A stretch of DNA of 64,000 nt from Octopus sinensis (lineage: Eukaryota): assembly GCF_006345805.1 (NCBI RefSeq), contig NC_043000.1, positions 2,666,001-2,730,000 on the forward strand, written 5' to 3'. The notes below the pieces were generated by a model. It was not told the DNA's origin and made no database searches. It worked only from the letters and a program-made list of their open reading frames with translations. Shown in pieces: positions 43,801-53,328 of the stretch. Position 1 is the first letter of the stretch. Each line of letters opens with the position of its first letter. Made by a program: the position numbers and the translations under genes.

Positions 43801-44551
43801 GCTGCCGTCCACCCACCGCCGCCGCCGCCTCCTCCTCCCCCGTCGTCATCACTGCTCTCCACGTGATCATTCCAGTTTCTGGCTAGCTTACTTTCACATT
43901 ATCACAACATGCACGCAACACGGTCGTACGAGTATTTTTTAGCGGGACACAAGTGACCAGAGGATGGAGAGACAGGACAAGGCGGGGGGGGGGGCAGACA
44001 GACCAGACAGACAGTATCGCCAACACCTGTCGTGTATAGAATATAGAGGAAGATAGATAGATAGATAGATAGACAAGTAAATGAAGTGAGAGAGAAAAAT
44101 CAGCGCTGATCAGTCTCAGTCGACGACTAAAAAGCTTCGGCAATTACTACGGCACCTGCTTCGTCAGTTTTTACACAATAGTATTCAAAGTTTCGAGCAA
44201 GGGCGGCGGCGGCGCCACACACCAACTGAGAGAGAGAGTCATACATGGTCTAGATGGTGAGAGTGTGTGATGTATGTATGTGTGTGTGTGTGTGTGTGTG
44301 TGACTTACTCTGTACTTGCAGATCCATCTCCCTCATTTCGGTCAGGCGGTCTCGCATCTCCATCGGCAAATTCTCAATCACTGCAAAAAGGACGAGAAGC
44401 AGATATTAGTCTGTAGAGGAAATATTTTATTGAGACAAATTAAGAGAGATGACGGTGCTAGCCGAACGTCAAGGCACTGTAGGACGAGAGCAGGAGGAGG
44501 TGTTGGCATGGGCCTGAACCTACCTTCCAGATAATCTTCCAGGTACAACAT
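126..44551 (-). CDS. ING3: ING3 gene model, 10 coding exons in window (3' end incomplete; last PHD exon lies left of position 1)
   Basis: Spliced translation starts [43 protein letters not shown]...[69 protein letters not shown] and ends [25 protein letters not shown]. This matches the ING N-terminal coiled coil and PHD. Exons sum to 1446 nt with compatible phases and GT-AG at all junctions. Confidence 0.96.
1000..1255 (+). mobile_element. tRNA-derived SINE family C (cttgagcaagacactt core)
   Basis: A-box tggctcagtggttaga, B-box-like gagtttgattccc; related copies near 3200-3450, 4190-4390 and 34205-34350. Confidence 0.75.
2560..2940 (-). mobile_element. CpG-rich SINE-like element related to family C
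   Basis: Minus strand begins agggcagcggactcgcggtcgtaggatcgcggtttcgattccc (tRNA-like); retained CpGs suggest it is young. Confidence 0.65.
3574..4350. repeat. Tandem triplication of a ~260-bp unit
   Basis: Units start at 3574, 3835 and 4092 and differ mainly by 1-bp indels. Confidence 0.92.
5455..5785 (+). mobile_element. RTE 3' UTR fragment
   Basis: gagtggttggcgttaggaagggcatccagc...ccatgctagcatgg...(GAT)n. Confidence 0.85.
6678..6897. mobile_element. piggyBac-like MITE
   Basis: TTAA-ccctttagt...actaaaggg-TTAA. Confidence 0.8.
8559..8795. repeat. Diverged ~120-bp tandem duplication
   Basis: tgacat...taagac.aaagtagg.aaagaaaa.tgaataga...gaaagatatc.attatcaaaagaaattattgtgg occurs twice. Confidence 0.75.
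9702..9910. mobile_element. piggyBac-like MITE (related copies 33783-33982 and 35594-35814)
   Basis: TTAA-ccctttcgttacc...ggtaacaaaaggg-TTAA. Confidence 0.82.
9960..10820 (+). mobile_element. Highly decayed mariner remnant
   Basis: Fragments VCAKWV and [22 protein letters not shown] across frameshifts. Confidence 0.7.
11798..12077 (+). mobile_element. RTE 3' UTR fragment
   Basis: Same 3' UTR and (GAT)n tail. Confidence 0.85.
12349..12545 (-). CDS. ING3: ING3 exon 9 (197 nt, [13 protein letters not shown]...PRAPRSK)
   Basis: Resembles human MKEGRRTSSLKAS; acceptor atttcag, donor GTAAGT, phase 0/2. Confidence 0.92.
12971..13376 (-). mobile_element. tRNA-derived SINE family A (~400 bp: head, core, internal (CA/TA)n, tail)
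   Basis: Head on minus strand: caggagtggctgtgtgttaagtagc...ccggattcagtccc (A/B-box-like); tail ...tgactgaaacaagtaaaagagta; many copies in window. Confidence 0.85.
14517..14554 (+). ncRNA. Minimal hammerhead-like motif of a second family (decayed)
   Basis: CUGU-CCGACGA-AUGGGAAUGU-GAAACU(CAG)AGUA-ACAG; U4C change and weak stem II. Confidence 0.4.
14838..15060. mobile_element. Tc1/mariner-type MITE (inverted relative at ~23578-23760)
   Basis: ta-caagagggtgctgaaaagttcc...ggaacatttcagcaacccttta-ta; shared body tgggtaaaagaaaatacaxgaggatc. Confidence 0.7.
16123..16193 (-). CDS. ING3: ING3 exon 8 (71 nt, [24 protein letters not shown])
   Basis: Resembles human GAGAITMAAAQAVQATAQ; acceptor ctctttcag, donor GTAAGT. 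Confidence 0.92.
16323..16555 (-). mobile_element. tRNA-derived SINE family B with 13-bp TSD
   Basis: Head ggcggcgagctggcagaaacgttagcacgccggg...gagttcaaattc; TSD tagttcaaatacc at 16310-16322 and 16556-16568. Confidence 0.88.
17165..17612 (+). mobile_element. CR1/L2-type LINE 3' end with (TTA)n tail
   Basis: ORF 17111..17521: [19 protein letters not shown]...TRGHAYKV...[14 protein letters not shown]...FK, a typical CR1-group ORF2 C-terminus. Confidence 0.85.
17922..18294 (+). mobile_element. RTE 3' UTR fragment
   Basis: Same 3' UTR, degenerate tail. Confidence 0.8.
18547..18953 (-). mobile_element. SINE family A
   Basis: Near-identical to 12971-13376. Confidence 0.85.
19081..19302 (-). CDS. 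ING3: ING3 exon 7 (222 nt, KRRVIAAS...[15 protein letters not shown]...GITYSL)
   Basis: Open frame with phases fitting both neighbours; acceptor ttctgccag, donor GTAAGT; [11 protein letters not shown] resembles human LSTLTSDASKE. Confidence 0.88.
19673..19839 (+). mobile_element. RTE 3' tail fragment
   Basis: Same terminal ~165 bp and (GAT)n. Confidence 0.85.
21143..21190 (-). CDS. ING3: ING3 exon 6 (48 nt, [16 protein letters not shown])
   Basis: RSLELDTP motif; acceptor ctcttgcag, donor GTGAGT, phase 1/1. Confidence 0.9.
22036..22862. mobile_element. Non-autonomous mariner derivative with long inverted arms
   Basis: Terminal repeats ggtctgatcaataaatatccggactgttg / caacagtccgaaaacttattgatgagacc; minus strand encodes [13 protein letters not shown]...[13 protein letters not shown]; both arms carry the transposase 5' region. 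Confidence 0.75.
24586..24682 (-). CDS. ING3: ING3 exon 5 (97 nt, [32 protein letters not shown])
   Basis: Nearly identical to vertebrate ING3 as recalled; acceptor cattgtag, donor GTAAGT. Confidence 0.96.
25425..25890 (+). mobile_element. RTE 3' UTR fragment
   Basis: Same terminal sequence; inverted relative to LINE copy 1 about 320 bp to the right. Confidence 0.8.
26210..28255 (-). mobile_element. RTE-clade non-LTR retrotransposon, 5'-truncated, copy 1 (ING3 intron 4); one frameshift near 27800
   Basis: ORFs 27765..28259 and 26830..27804 give RT motifs ([27 protein letters not shown]) and the RTE C-terminal [11 protein letters not shown]...GRGRPRKTW; long 3' UTR; (GAT)n tail. Confidence 0.93.
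28478..28827 (-). mobile_element. SINE family A
   Basis: Same family with a small internal deletion. Confidence 0.85.
29003..29227 (-). mobile_element. SINE family B with 14-bp flanking direct repeat
   Basis: gcctgtcaaatata at 28989-29002 and 29228-29241. Confidence 0.88.
29892..29957 (-). CDS. ING3: ING3 exon 4 (66 nt, [22 protein letters not shown])
   Basis: Acceptor ttttattttcag, donor GTAAGT; conserved DADEKVxLAN motif. Confidence 0.95.
30297..30562 (-). mobile_element. CR1-type LINE 3' end with (TAAC)n tail, copy 1
   Basis: Minus translation [50 protein letters not shown]. Confidence 0.82.
30652..31560 (-). mobile_element. Decayed Tc1-family transposase
   Basis: ORF 31318..31557 ([12 protein letters not shown]...[18 protein letters not shown]), [26 protein letters not shown], and ORF 30652..30843 ([22 protein letters not shown]). 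Confidence 0.8.
32454..33728 (+). mobile_element. Decayed mariner transposon
   Basis: [58 protein letters not shown]; imperfect TIRs gtagtatcaagaagttctcggactggtt / aactagtccaggaactttttt. Confidence 0.85.
34686..34965 (-). mobile_element. CR1-type LINE 3' end, copy 2
   Basis: Near-identical to 30297-30562. Confidence 0.82.
35594..35814. mobile_element. piggyBac-like MITE
   Basis: TTAA-cccttttgatacc...ggtaacaaaaggg-TTAA; body matches 9702-9910. Confidence 0.82.
36965..37071 (-). CDS. ING3: ING3 exon 3 (107 nt, [36 protein letters not shown])
   Basis: Acceptor gtcttgcag, donor GTAAGT; resembles human NAMDQLEQRV...WREEQ. Confidence 0.93.
37954..39840 (-). mobile_element. RTE-clade LINE, 5'-truncated, copy 2 (ING3 intron 2); open frame
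   Basis: ORF 38559..39854 is uninterrupted from RT to the C-terminus; nearly identical to copy 1; sits in a (TA)n tract. Confidence 0.93.
44309..44380 (-). CDS. ING3: ING3 exon 2 (72 nt, [24 protein letters not shown])
   Basis: Acceptor ctttttgcag, donor GTAAGT, phase 1/1. Confidence 0.95.
44524..44551 (-). CDS. ING3: ING3 coding exon 1 (MLYLEDYLE, 28 nt)
   Basis: ATG at 44551; hallmark ING3 N-terminus; donor GTAGGT at 44523. Confidence 0.95.
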
Positions 44552-44900
44552 TTTGCCCACAACACACAGAACACCTCGTGCACAAAATGTCTTCCGTCTA
44601 CGTTCTGCCAAGCCGTCGGTGTAAAACGTTTTCTGATTGGTCCTTTACTTCCTCTACCATATAAGCTGGCGAGTTGATTAATTTGTTGCAAGAGGAATAA
44701 AATAGTGTTGCGACATTTTATACTGTTGTTCATTAGTGAAATATATAGTAAAGATCTACTAGAATTATTCGTATTCGATACTTATAGCCATCGCGACTGT
44801 AAGACTTCTAAACAAAATAGTGACGAATCCACGAATGGTCGCCGTCGACACATCACTTCCAGCTGACTTCCAACACAGCCAATATATAGCTCCGCAGTAA
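44552..44900 (-). promoter_or_regulatory. Putative ING3 5' UTR / proximal promoter
   Basis: CpG-retaining stretch in an AT-rich background. NF-Y-type CCAAT box (CTGATTGGT, ATTGG at 44636-44640), several ETS-like CTTCC motifs, second AGCCAAT at 44877-44883. TSS cannot be determined from sequence. Confidence 0.5.
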
Positions 44901-46345
44901 ATAATATTTTCTCGCCAACATTAAAATCTACTGTCGACTTTCATTGATTTTATTTAAATTCAAAATAAATTTCGTAATTTAATAATATAAAGAAATTAAG
45001 TTACAGTCTACCCAGTGTATATATTTATATTTATATAGGGACCTAGATATATGAAATGACTAGATCTGAAATAATTTTAACTGTAGTGTGCCACATTGAA
45101 TACGTATATCGACATAGTTTTTTGCATTAGCAAAAATTCTAACAAAAGCACATATTTAGAAGGAAGGATGTAGTGATTCAATCATCAGTAGTATTTCACT
45201 GATATTTTATTTTAATAATACGCTAAGTTGAAAGACAAGGTCGTCCCTTCTGTAGGATTTAATGCAGAACATAAAGGGACATAACTGAATATGACACTGT
45301 ACTACCAAGTACTTAATTAAAACCAATTAGTGGAGAGAGATCCGTTAAACTTTAAAAACACCTAATTAAATTCGAACATTTTAAAATAATTGTGTAGCGT
45401 TGAAAAATTATAAACGTGAACAGTTTATAATTTATGCTGATATTATTCAATAATTAGTAGGTTTTGGTTGTTGTTTTTTTAAGTTATAAAATGCATTTAT
45501 TGGTATTTCATCCCACCCCACCAAATAATATTCAATAATGAACATATCTCAATATGCATGACAGACGGCCTATTTTAGGACATGAAACATTCGATTAACT
45601 ACATCAACACATAAAACTGTGTTCAAACTCTACTGGGGTCGATAAAATAATAAAAATAATTATCGACCTCAGAAGGCTACAAATTTCGGGGATGGTATAG
45701 TGGCTGAGATTTGCTAGTCTATTTTCTCGACTCCATATGACTGACAGATCAAGATGATGTTAGGGGGATTTGAACTCAGAATGTAACGCACTGCCAAACC
45801 TTTATTTTGATTAAAATTTAAATAATTTTAGTGTTTTACGAATATAAAATAAAACCAAATCGTCTCTATCTGTAGGTCAGTTTATATTACTATATAAAAC
45901 AAATTAAATACTTGTATAAAACAAAACGAATTATGTTACAAATTTCAATTCGCAATCAGATTGGAGTAGCAGTTCCAAATACGCCAGTAGTTAATTTCAG
46001 GTCAACTCTGATGGAGAATACCTGTTTAATTAAGATATTCCAGTCATGACTATTTCGTCTGTTATTACACTTTTTAAAGTATGTTATCTAAGACAAACAT
46101 ATTTAATATTCTTATTTTTATTAGAACGGTGGGATGTAATTTGAGGGAGATTTGACTACTTTCTCTAACAAGTCGAACGACTCGTTGTGTCATAGTAGTC
46201 TTAAAGTGGCAAACATACGGACTTTATTTAAAATCTCAGTCATTTTCGAGATTCAATGTGACGAAATTGTGTAGAAAGTATTTTATTCTGAATAATGGAT
46301 GGGAGATGATAAATAAAGACCTATTCCGGTGAGGATACTAAGAAA

Positions 46346-48013
46346 TTGTGACATTCGAGACTTTTCCAAAGGCACTAGCTAAGTAAATTCAAACATGCCA
46401 AAAGAGAATTTAAGGCATATTGTAAACATGGTTCATTGAATACTAACTACCACGCCTTCGCGGTTTTCTGGGTAATGAAAGTGTTATATAACATTCTTTA
46501 TCTAGAAGCAATGCCTCAGTTATATAATAGGATACTGGCTTTGAATTGCAATGTCATTTTTCTTCTTCTGAAGGACATGTGAGATTCAAACGCAGTAAAA
46601 TCTATTTAGTTTATTCTTGTTATATAGAAACAGCTACAGGCATGAGCGAACATTTTGTTACGAATACAAAGGACGTTACGATTTTATATTTTTATAAGAG
46701 ACCATTGTATGAGAGTAAATGTGTTTCTTGTAAGCTGTTGTCTAGATTTTTATGTCTGATGACTCAATAAATGTCTGAAGACGTCTGATGTTGCTGGAAT
46801 TGGCGTTCATTTGTAGATTTTGTGCCTGTAGGTTAAGACATGAGCAACAAAAAGATTAAAAACAAAAATTTCGTGAAAGAAACGATTTTGAGGGAAGGTC
46901 GTTAGGTGAATATTCTGTTCGGCATTTTAGAAGCTCAGTATTTGATAATAATTTCTGTTAAATAAGTATGAGGTCTATTTGATTCAATTTAAGTACATTA
47001 CTGGTAATTCATTTATTGACATCAGAAAAATAAAGGCAAAAAATCGATGTTACATGTTTTTATTTCGGAACTGTGGAGCATAATAAGAAATTAAGTATTA
47101 TCCAATATAAAACTGTTATTGTTGGGTGACCTACTTTCCCAAACTTTGGCGGCTACGGGATATTTTTTGGTGCAATTTAGATTTTTTTACTGTTATTATT
47201 TGAGATGGAAAAGTGTAGCTGTTTTTTTATTGTCGAAATCTGTTTTTATTGTGTTTGTTGTTTCATGCGGGTGAATGACATTATAAAATTTGGCTACGAG
47301 TTTGTTTTTTTTAATTAAAGCACAGAGGAATCGTGAAATTAAATAATAGAAATGATTCAATTAATTATATTTACAGATAAAATAAAACACGGAAACTGAA
47401 GGTTGCGGAAAGTAGCTTTAGTTTCGCAAAAGAATTATTTCAATAGCAACAATTTTGCTTTCGCAACAAAATTTTGAACAAAGGAAGACAATATTGTTAT
47501 AACTAATCATTTTCAACAAATGAAGGACATTTTTGGTCAATGCTTGACTACAATAATTTACGGCAAATCAATCTAATTTGATAAGGAAGCAGCAGATCCA
47601 TAAAATAAATAAACAATTACAGAACATATTGTTCCACAATAGCAATCAATCTTTTAATATGCTCGACCACAACCATGTTTATATTTCATGCAAATTCTTT
47701 CAAGTTAACTGTTGAAAAGTTCTTTAGATGTACAATTCATTCGCTTCGTTTTTCTTGGCATGTTACCAAACACATTCAATTCTTTGCGCGTGTCTGAGGG
47801 AACTTGATAGGAGGAATGGTGAATTTCCTATAGCGGTTGTTCACAACATAGTAATCAAAATACACGTGATAGTATTTCTATTCCATCATATTACTACCGA
47901 TTGCAAGGGTAGTTAGTATTCAATGAACCGTGTTTACAATATGCCTTAAATTCTCTTTTGGCATGTTTGAATTTACTTAGCTAGTGCCTTTGGAAAAGTC
48001 TGGAATGTCACAA
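46346..48013. repeat. 106-bp near-perfect inverted repeat pair (46346-46451 / 47908-48013)
   Basis: Read by eye; about 2 mismatches. Confidence 0.8.
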
Positions 48014-48432
48014 GGGTTTATTATTTCCTATATTATCGAGCAGTGTGTCTACCCGTCTACATCGTGCTGCTTCAAAGAAACATTTCTTTGCATCTGGTCA
48101 AACCAGACATATCTCCGGAGGCCTTCAATCGGTTGACCTCTTCCAGTGGAGATATTTCATGTTGTCAACTTCCACCATAAGACGTTCTTTGGTATATGCA
48201 TTGATTCCGTAGATAACAATTGGATGGCTCTGAACTCAATGACAACACACATTCCTCAGGAAAACACCAAACTCTACTTGCTGGGATTCTTGTCCAATAT
48301 GCATTCTTTATCAAATAATCTAGATCAGAATCAGAACTTCCTCACGAGGAAGGGAAGGCACAGAATCGTAATCTCCGTAGAACGAAACACTGGAATATAT
48401 TTTTTAAAAGCCTCCCATGAAGTAGTCATAAA

Positions 48433-48842
48433 GGCAATCTTTCGTCTCTAATAGACCTTTCCGTCGATTTCCGTAATTTTTTTTTTTTTTTACATATGGG
48501 CTTGCGGGAACTTTTGAAGTAATGAGAGCGAAAGAGACTAAGAGAAAGCCATTTTATGACGAGGGAAGTTCTTTTGAAGTTACCGTGCTTGTGAAGCATT
48601 GATGTACACGTGTGTGTGTGTGTTTGATGGGGTGTGGGAGACAGACAGTATGTTGTGTAAGTGAAGTGCTTCTGTTAGTGTGTGTGAAGAGACAGAGTAA
48701 TGTGTGAAAGAAAGAGATAACTGAAATGTTTTACTCGGTGTATGTGTATATGTATGTATATTACTTCAAAAGTTCCCGCAAGCCCATATGTAAAAAAAAA
48801 ATATTTTTTTACGGAAAGGTCTACTAGAGACGAAAGATCGCC
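48433..48842. mobile_element. MITE-like element with ~85-90 bp inverted arms
   Basis: atctttcgtctct.atagacctttccgt...tacatatgggcttgcgggaacttttgaagtaat (48433-48523) inverted at 48760-48842. Confidence 0.7.
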
Positions 48843-48914
48843 GTGATAAATCCCGCAAGTCTGTTGGACTCGGTACTTACAGAAAATTATCCTGTTGGTA
48901 CTTGGACGATTATT

Positions 48915-49100
48915 TTTAATCGTATATATTTCTTTAAAGGGCTAAACATAGAAGAGACAAACAAGGACAGAAACAGTGCGAAACTGGTACTTTATTTATC
49001 AACCCCGAAAGAACGAAAGGCAAAGTCGACCTCGGCGGAATTTGAACTCAGAACGTAACGACAGACCGCCCGGCGCGCTAACGCGTCTGCCAGCTCGCCG
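48915..49100 (-). mobile_element. SINE family B (internally deleted)
   Basis: gaaaggcaaagtcgacctcggcggaatttgaactc...ccagctcgccgc. Confidence 0.75.
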
Positions 49101-50114
49101 CTGATTTTTAATTTTATATAAACAAGGATACATATCCTATGTAAGGGTCTAACGATGATCTTTCGTTATATCGAAATTAAGCAGGGTCTAACTGCTGTGA
49201 AACTGACGGAGCAATGACAATGATAGACAAATTTAACTGAGAATTGAAAGTAGATGAACTAAACTGGTAAGTCTTCGTATCATGTGGAAACAATACAATA
49301 ACAAAAGTCTAAATAATCTGATACAATCGCACCTCCCCATCTTAAACAACAACAAATCATACATGCCCCATGACAAGCTGGTAGCATTATAGCGTCAATA
49401 AAAACAGTCTTCTCCGACCACTAATCAAACTAATAACAGTTACTTTGAGAAAGTGACTGGTACATTATACCCCCAAATCTTCAGCTACCTCCACCATCCA
49501 TATCTATTAAGTTGGAAAGAAAGTCTTGTTGCATTTTGACAAGATTACTTTAAAAGTACTTTTTCAGCATTTGCGGCAAAATAAGCATTAATTTTTACAT
49601 TCTAATGTTTTTTTCTATCTTTGCAGATAATGCTATGGTTGTTAAAGTCGTATTGATTTTACCACCAGAAAATGAGTTTATATCAGACATGGCACGTTGT
49701 GTAAATTCAAAAGGGGCTTTTCAGCAATAAAAGCGACAAGGAATTATTTGTTCCGTCTATGGAAATGAAGCTTTGTTTGCCAACGAGGGTTTGACCAGTT
49801 TCACTTGGGAAATTTTTCTCTTGCATATTTCCTTAAGTTGGACACATTGCTCCCGTCCACTCAGCTGGCAAAAATGAGTTGTACCTTTAATTCAAAGGGC
49901 CAGCCTTGTCACATTCTGTGTTATGCTGAATCTCCCTGAGAACTATGTTAAAGGTATGCCGATCTGTGGAGGTAGTAGTTTTCTGAACTTCCTCCATCCT
50001 ATTTTTATTCTAGAAATAATACTTTCAGAGCATCCACCACTAGTCACCTAAGTAGCACAAGGGAGCCTCCTGGGCATTTGAGAGAGTTTAAGTCCCTCGT
50101 GTGCTTAGTACTTA

Positions 50115-50485
50115 TTGTTCCTACACATCTGTCACACATGAAAGCGACTTTATCTGATAACCCATGAATCTACTGCATCTCTTATGTGTCCATAGTTTAC
50201 ACTTGGTGCAACATATGGAATTACATCCCACTCCATTCCTATGTATTGAGCAAGGCCATTTAACAGCTGGAATGAGAATCTTATCTCCTTTCTTGCTGAT
50301 AACAACTTTAGTTTTAGCTAAGTTAACTTCAAAGCCCTTTGATTCTAGGTTTTGCTTCCAAATCCAGAACTTCTCCAATTCTGCTTCAGATTTTGCAATA
50401 AGAACAAGATCATCAGCATATAAAAGTTCCCATGGGCATCCAGTTTTGAATTCATTTGTCATGGCCTGGAGAACTATAATGAATA
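50115..50485 (-). mobile_element. Older RT fragment of the same RTE family
   Basis: ORF 50121..50462: [16 protein letters not shown]...NLAKTKV...WPCSI...[14 protein letters not shown]. Confidence 0.85.
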
Positions 50486-50992
50486 AGAGTCATTTGACTG
50501 TTGGAGCTTGCCTTAAAGGGTTTTTAGTCAAAGAATTCAACTCCTGGACTTATTCTTTGTAAGTCTAGTACTTATTTTATTGGTATCTTTTGGTGATGTA
50601 AACACACCAACATCAGTGGGGAGACAAACAGAGGCACAAAGACACACAAATATATACACACACACATACATGTATATATACAACAGGCTTCTTTCAGTTT
50701 CCACTTACCAAATCTACAAACAAGCCTTTGGTTGGCCTGAGGCTATAGTAGAAGACACTTGCCCAAGGTGCCGAGCAGTGGGACTGAACCTATGTTTCAG
50801 TCATTGAATTGCAGCCATGCTGGGGCACTGCCTCGAAGGGTTTAGTCAGACAAATCAACCCCAGTACTTATTTTTCAAGTCTGGTACTTATTCTATCTGT
50901 TCAAACTGCCAGGTTACAGGGACATAAACAAACCAGCACTGGTTGTCAGGCTGTTGTGGGGCATAAATACCAGTGCAAAGACACACACATAG

Positions 50993-51978
50993 ATAGCAAC
51001 ATCACTTACTGCATCTCCTGCTCTTTCTGTCCTCTGTACATCGGTCAAACGGAACACTGCTTGGCTGACCAGTTTGTGGAACACCTCTGAGACATCAGGC
51101 TTGGCAATGACAATCCGGTCTTGTGCCATTTCCACTCAACCAGTCATTCATTACAACACCTGTCTGTGTTCTGATTGTCCTTGCACAGAGGTCATCCGGA
51201 CTCCCACCTTCAACATAAACAGAAATTAATCTTCTCTCTTCACTCCTTTGCACCACATGGACTCAACTCCCCCCCTCTTCATCTGACTTCCCTCCTCTCT
51301 CCTCTCTTCACTCCCACCCACCTTTCCTCTCTTGCCCTGACACCTACTTCCTCTTCACTCCTACCCACCTTCTCCCTTCCATCCACACTCCACCCCACCA
51401 TCCCTATACATCCCAATCCCACCCCCACAAATCCCACTTCACATACACACCCCTACCCCCCAAACCCACCCCACCCCAACACACCACACCATATCGCACC
51501 ACCCTGCACACACTAGCATTGACCACTTCCCAGCACCCACACCACCACACTACTCCATGTCACACCACCCCACACACACTAGCACTGACCACTTCCCAGC
51601 ACCCACACTATCATCTACACACCTACACATGCACACCCCCACATGTCAAGGTCACCAGCCCCAATCCAAACGTACACACATTCTCTCACATATACATGCA
51701 CGTGCACCTTTGTTTTGGGATCATCACTACTTTATTATCTCCTCTTCTTCCTTGCACTCCTGTCTGACCATCTCTGTTCAGGCAGCTGCCATAATCAACC
51801 GCTAGCCACTAAAGTTTTTTTTACTCTCCCTCTGTTTATTTTCTCGTGTTCCTTTCTGTTGAAGAGTCTAGGCTCGAAACGTAAAAGACTTTCTCACCTT
51901 CCCAAGTGTTAAACTAATACACTTGTTGTTTATACGCCTGTCTTCATCTCTTGCTTTTTTTTGTAAATTCCAACTACA

Positions 51979-51985
<7 letters not shown>
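50993..51985 (+). mobile_element. Penelope-like element 3' fragment (GIY-YIG endonuclease C-terminus, low-complexity tail, terminal repeat)
   Basis: SNITYCISCSFCPLYIGQTEHCLADQFVEHL*DIRLGNDNPVLCHF...QKLIFSLHSFAPHGLN; downstream ~190-bp repeat with a hammerhead-like motif. Confidence 0.8.
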
Positions 51986-52012
<27 letters not shown>

Positions 52013-52369
52013 ACGGGAAGCTTTATGAAAATAAACAAAAGACGAAGGCAGGTTTACGGAAATAAACAAAAGACGAAGGCAGGTGGAATACAAACAAACA
52101 ATTGTATTAGTATGGCGCTCAGGAATATAAATAAAACGAGTCTTTTACGTTTCGAGCCTACGCTCTTCAACATATATATATATATGTAAATTAGAAAAAA
52201 AAAACCACCTTTTATCAATTCAATAATGAAAAATTAAATTATACCATTTAGAAAAATTACCTATTATAGAAAGATTAAATATACGATAAAAATTATAACG
52301 ATGATTAAGTAATGTGCAAAATAATAAATAAACATATATACTTGGGATATATTTACGTTTTATTTATTA

Positions 52370-52879
52370 CTAGCAGTATCGCCCGGCGTTGCTTGGGTTT
52401 GTAAGGGAAATAACTATATAAGCATTTTTAGAGAGTTACTTCCCTTATAGATGCCAATTCGGGCTTTCTTAGCCATTTCTGTTTTGGTGTCTTCAAGCCA
52501 TGAAGTCGTTGTTCTAAAAGAACGCTGGTCTCCTTGACAACGCTTTACGACGTTGATTTCCTTACACTCCCTTCCCCACAGCTTCACGAGGGAGGGAAGA
52601 AGGGGGAGAAGCAAACAGTGCAGGTGTGACCATGGACGCCAACTCCGCCGCCATCGACACACGAAAAATTATGCATTAAAATGGAATAAAAATGATGTTA
52701 ATTATTTTTAAAATCGTAGACTCATCGTAGACGCGCGCTAATACTCAGACGGGCTCGATATGAATCACGACTATCAGATACCCGAATTTGGTTAAACTGC
52801 ACCGCAAAATGTGGGAGTAGTTAGGAATCTAAATCGAAGGGGACAGACACTCACACAACTACAGTTTTATATATATAGA
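52370..52879 (-). mobile_element. Non-autonomous Helitron (510 bp)
   Basis: Minus strand starts TC(TATATATATAAAA) and ends CTAG, inserted between A and T; imperfect GC hairpin cccaagcaacgccggg just before the 3' end; no TSD. Confidence 0.8.
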
Positions 52880-53328
52880 TTTTGCACATTACTTAATCAT
52901 CGTTATATGTTTTATCTTATATTTAATCTTTCTATATTAGGTAATTTTTCTAAATGATATAATTTAACTTTTCATTATTGAATTGATAAAAGGTGGTTTT
53001 TTTCTAATTTATATATATATATATATTAAATTTTGTGAAAATATAATTATATATTGCTTGTATTTATATGCATGTATATATACTTCAATTAGAGGTTGTA
53101 TTAACCGCATGAAGGGATGGTTTCATATAAAACATCCAAGGGTATATTTTTTTCCCTCTGAAGGTATTATACTCAGGTCATATAAATTTAATATTTACTT
53201 AATATTTATTGAGTATTAATTGAAACAGCTGTAAGGGACGATGATTAATTTGCTGTTAATAATAAACAATTATTAACTATCCAGTCTCCATTTTTTCTTC
53301 TTTTATATATATATGTATGTATGTATGT

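Noticed and set aside
43883-44143. Minus-strand ORF ending at a GTAAGC donor in intron 2
   Set aside because: Contains microsatellite-derived sequence, no clear acceptor and no similarity to ING3.
48146-48451. 101-aa plus-strand ORF
   Set aside because: No motif recognised; overlaps a MITE arm and sits between two inverted-repeat elements.
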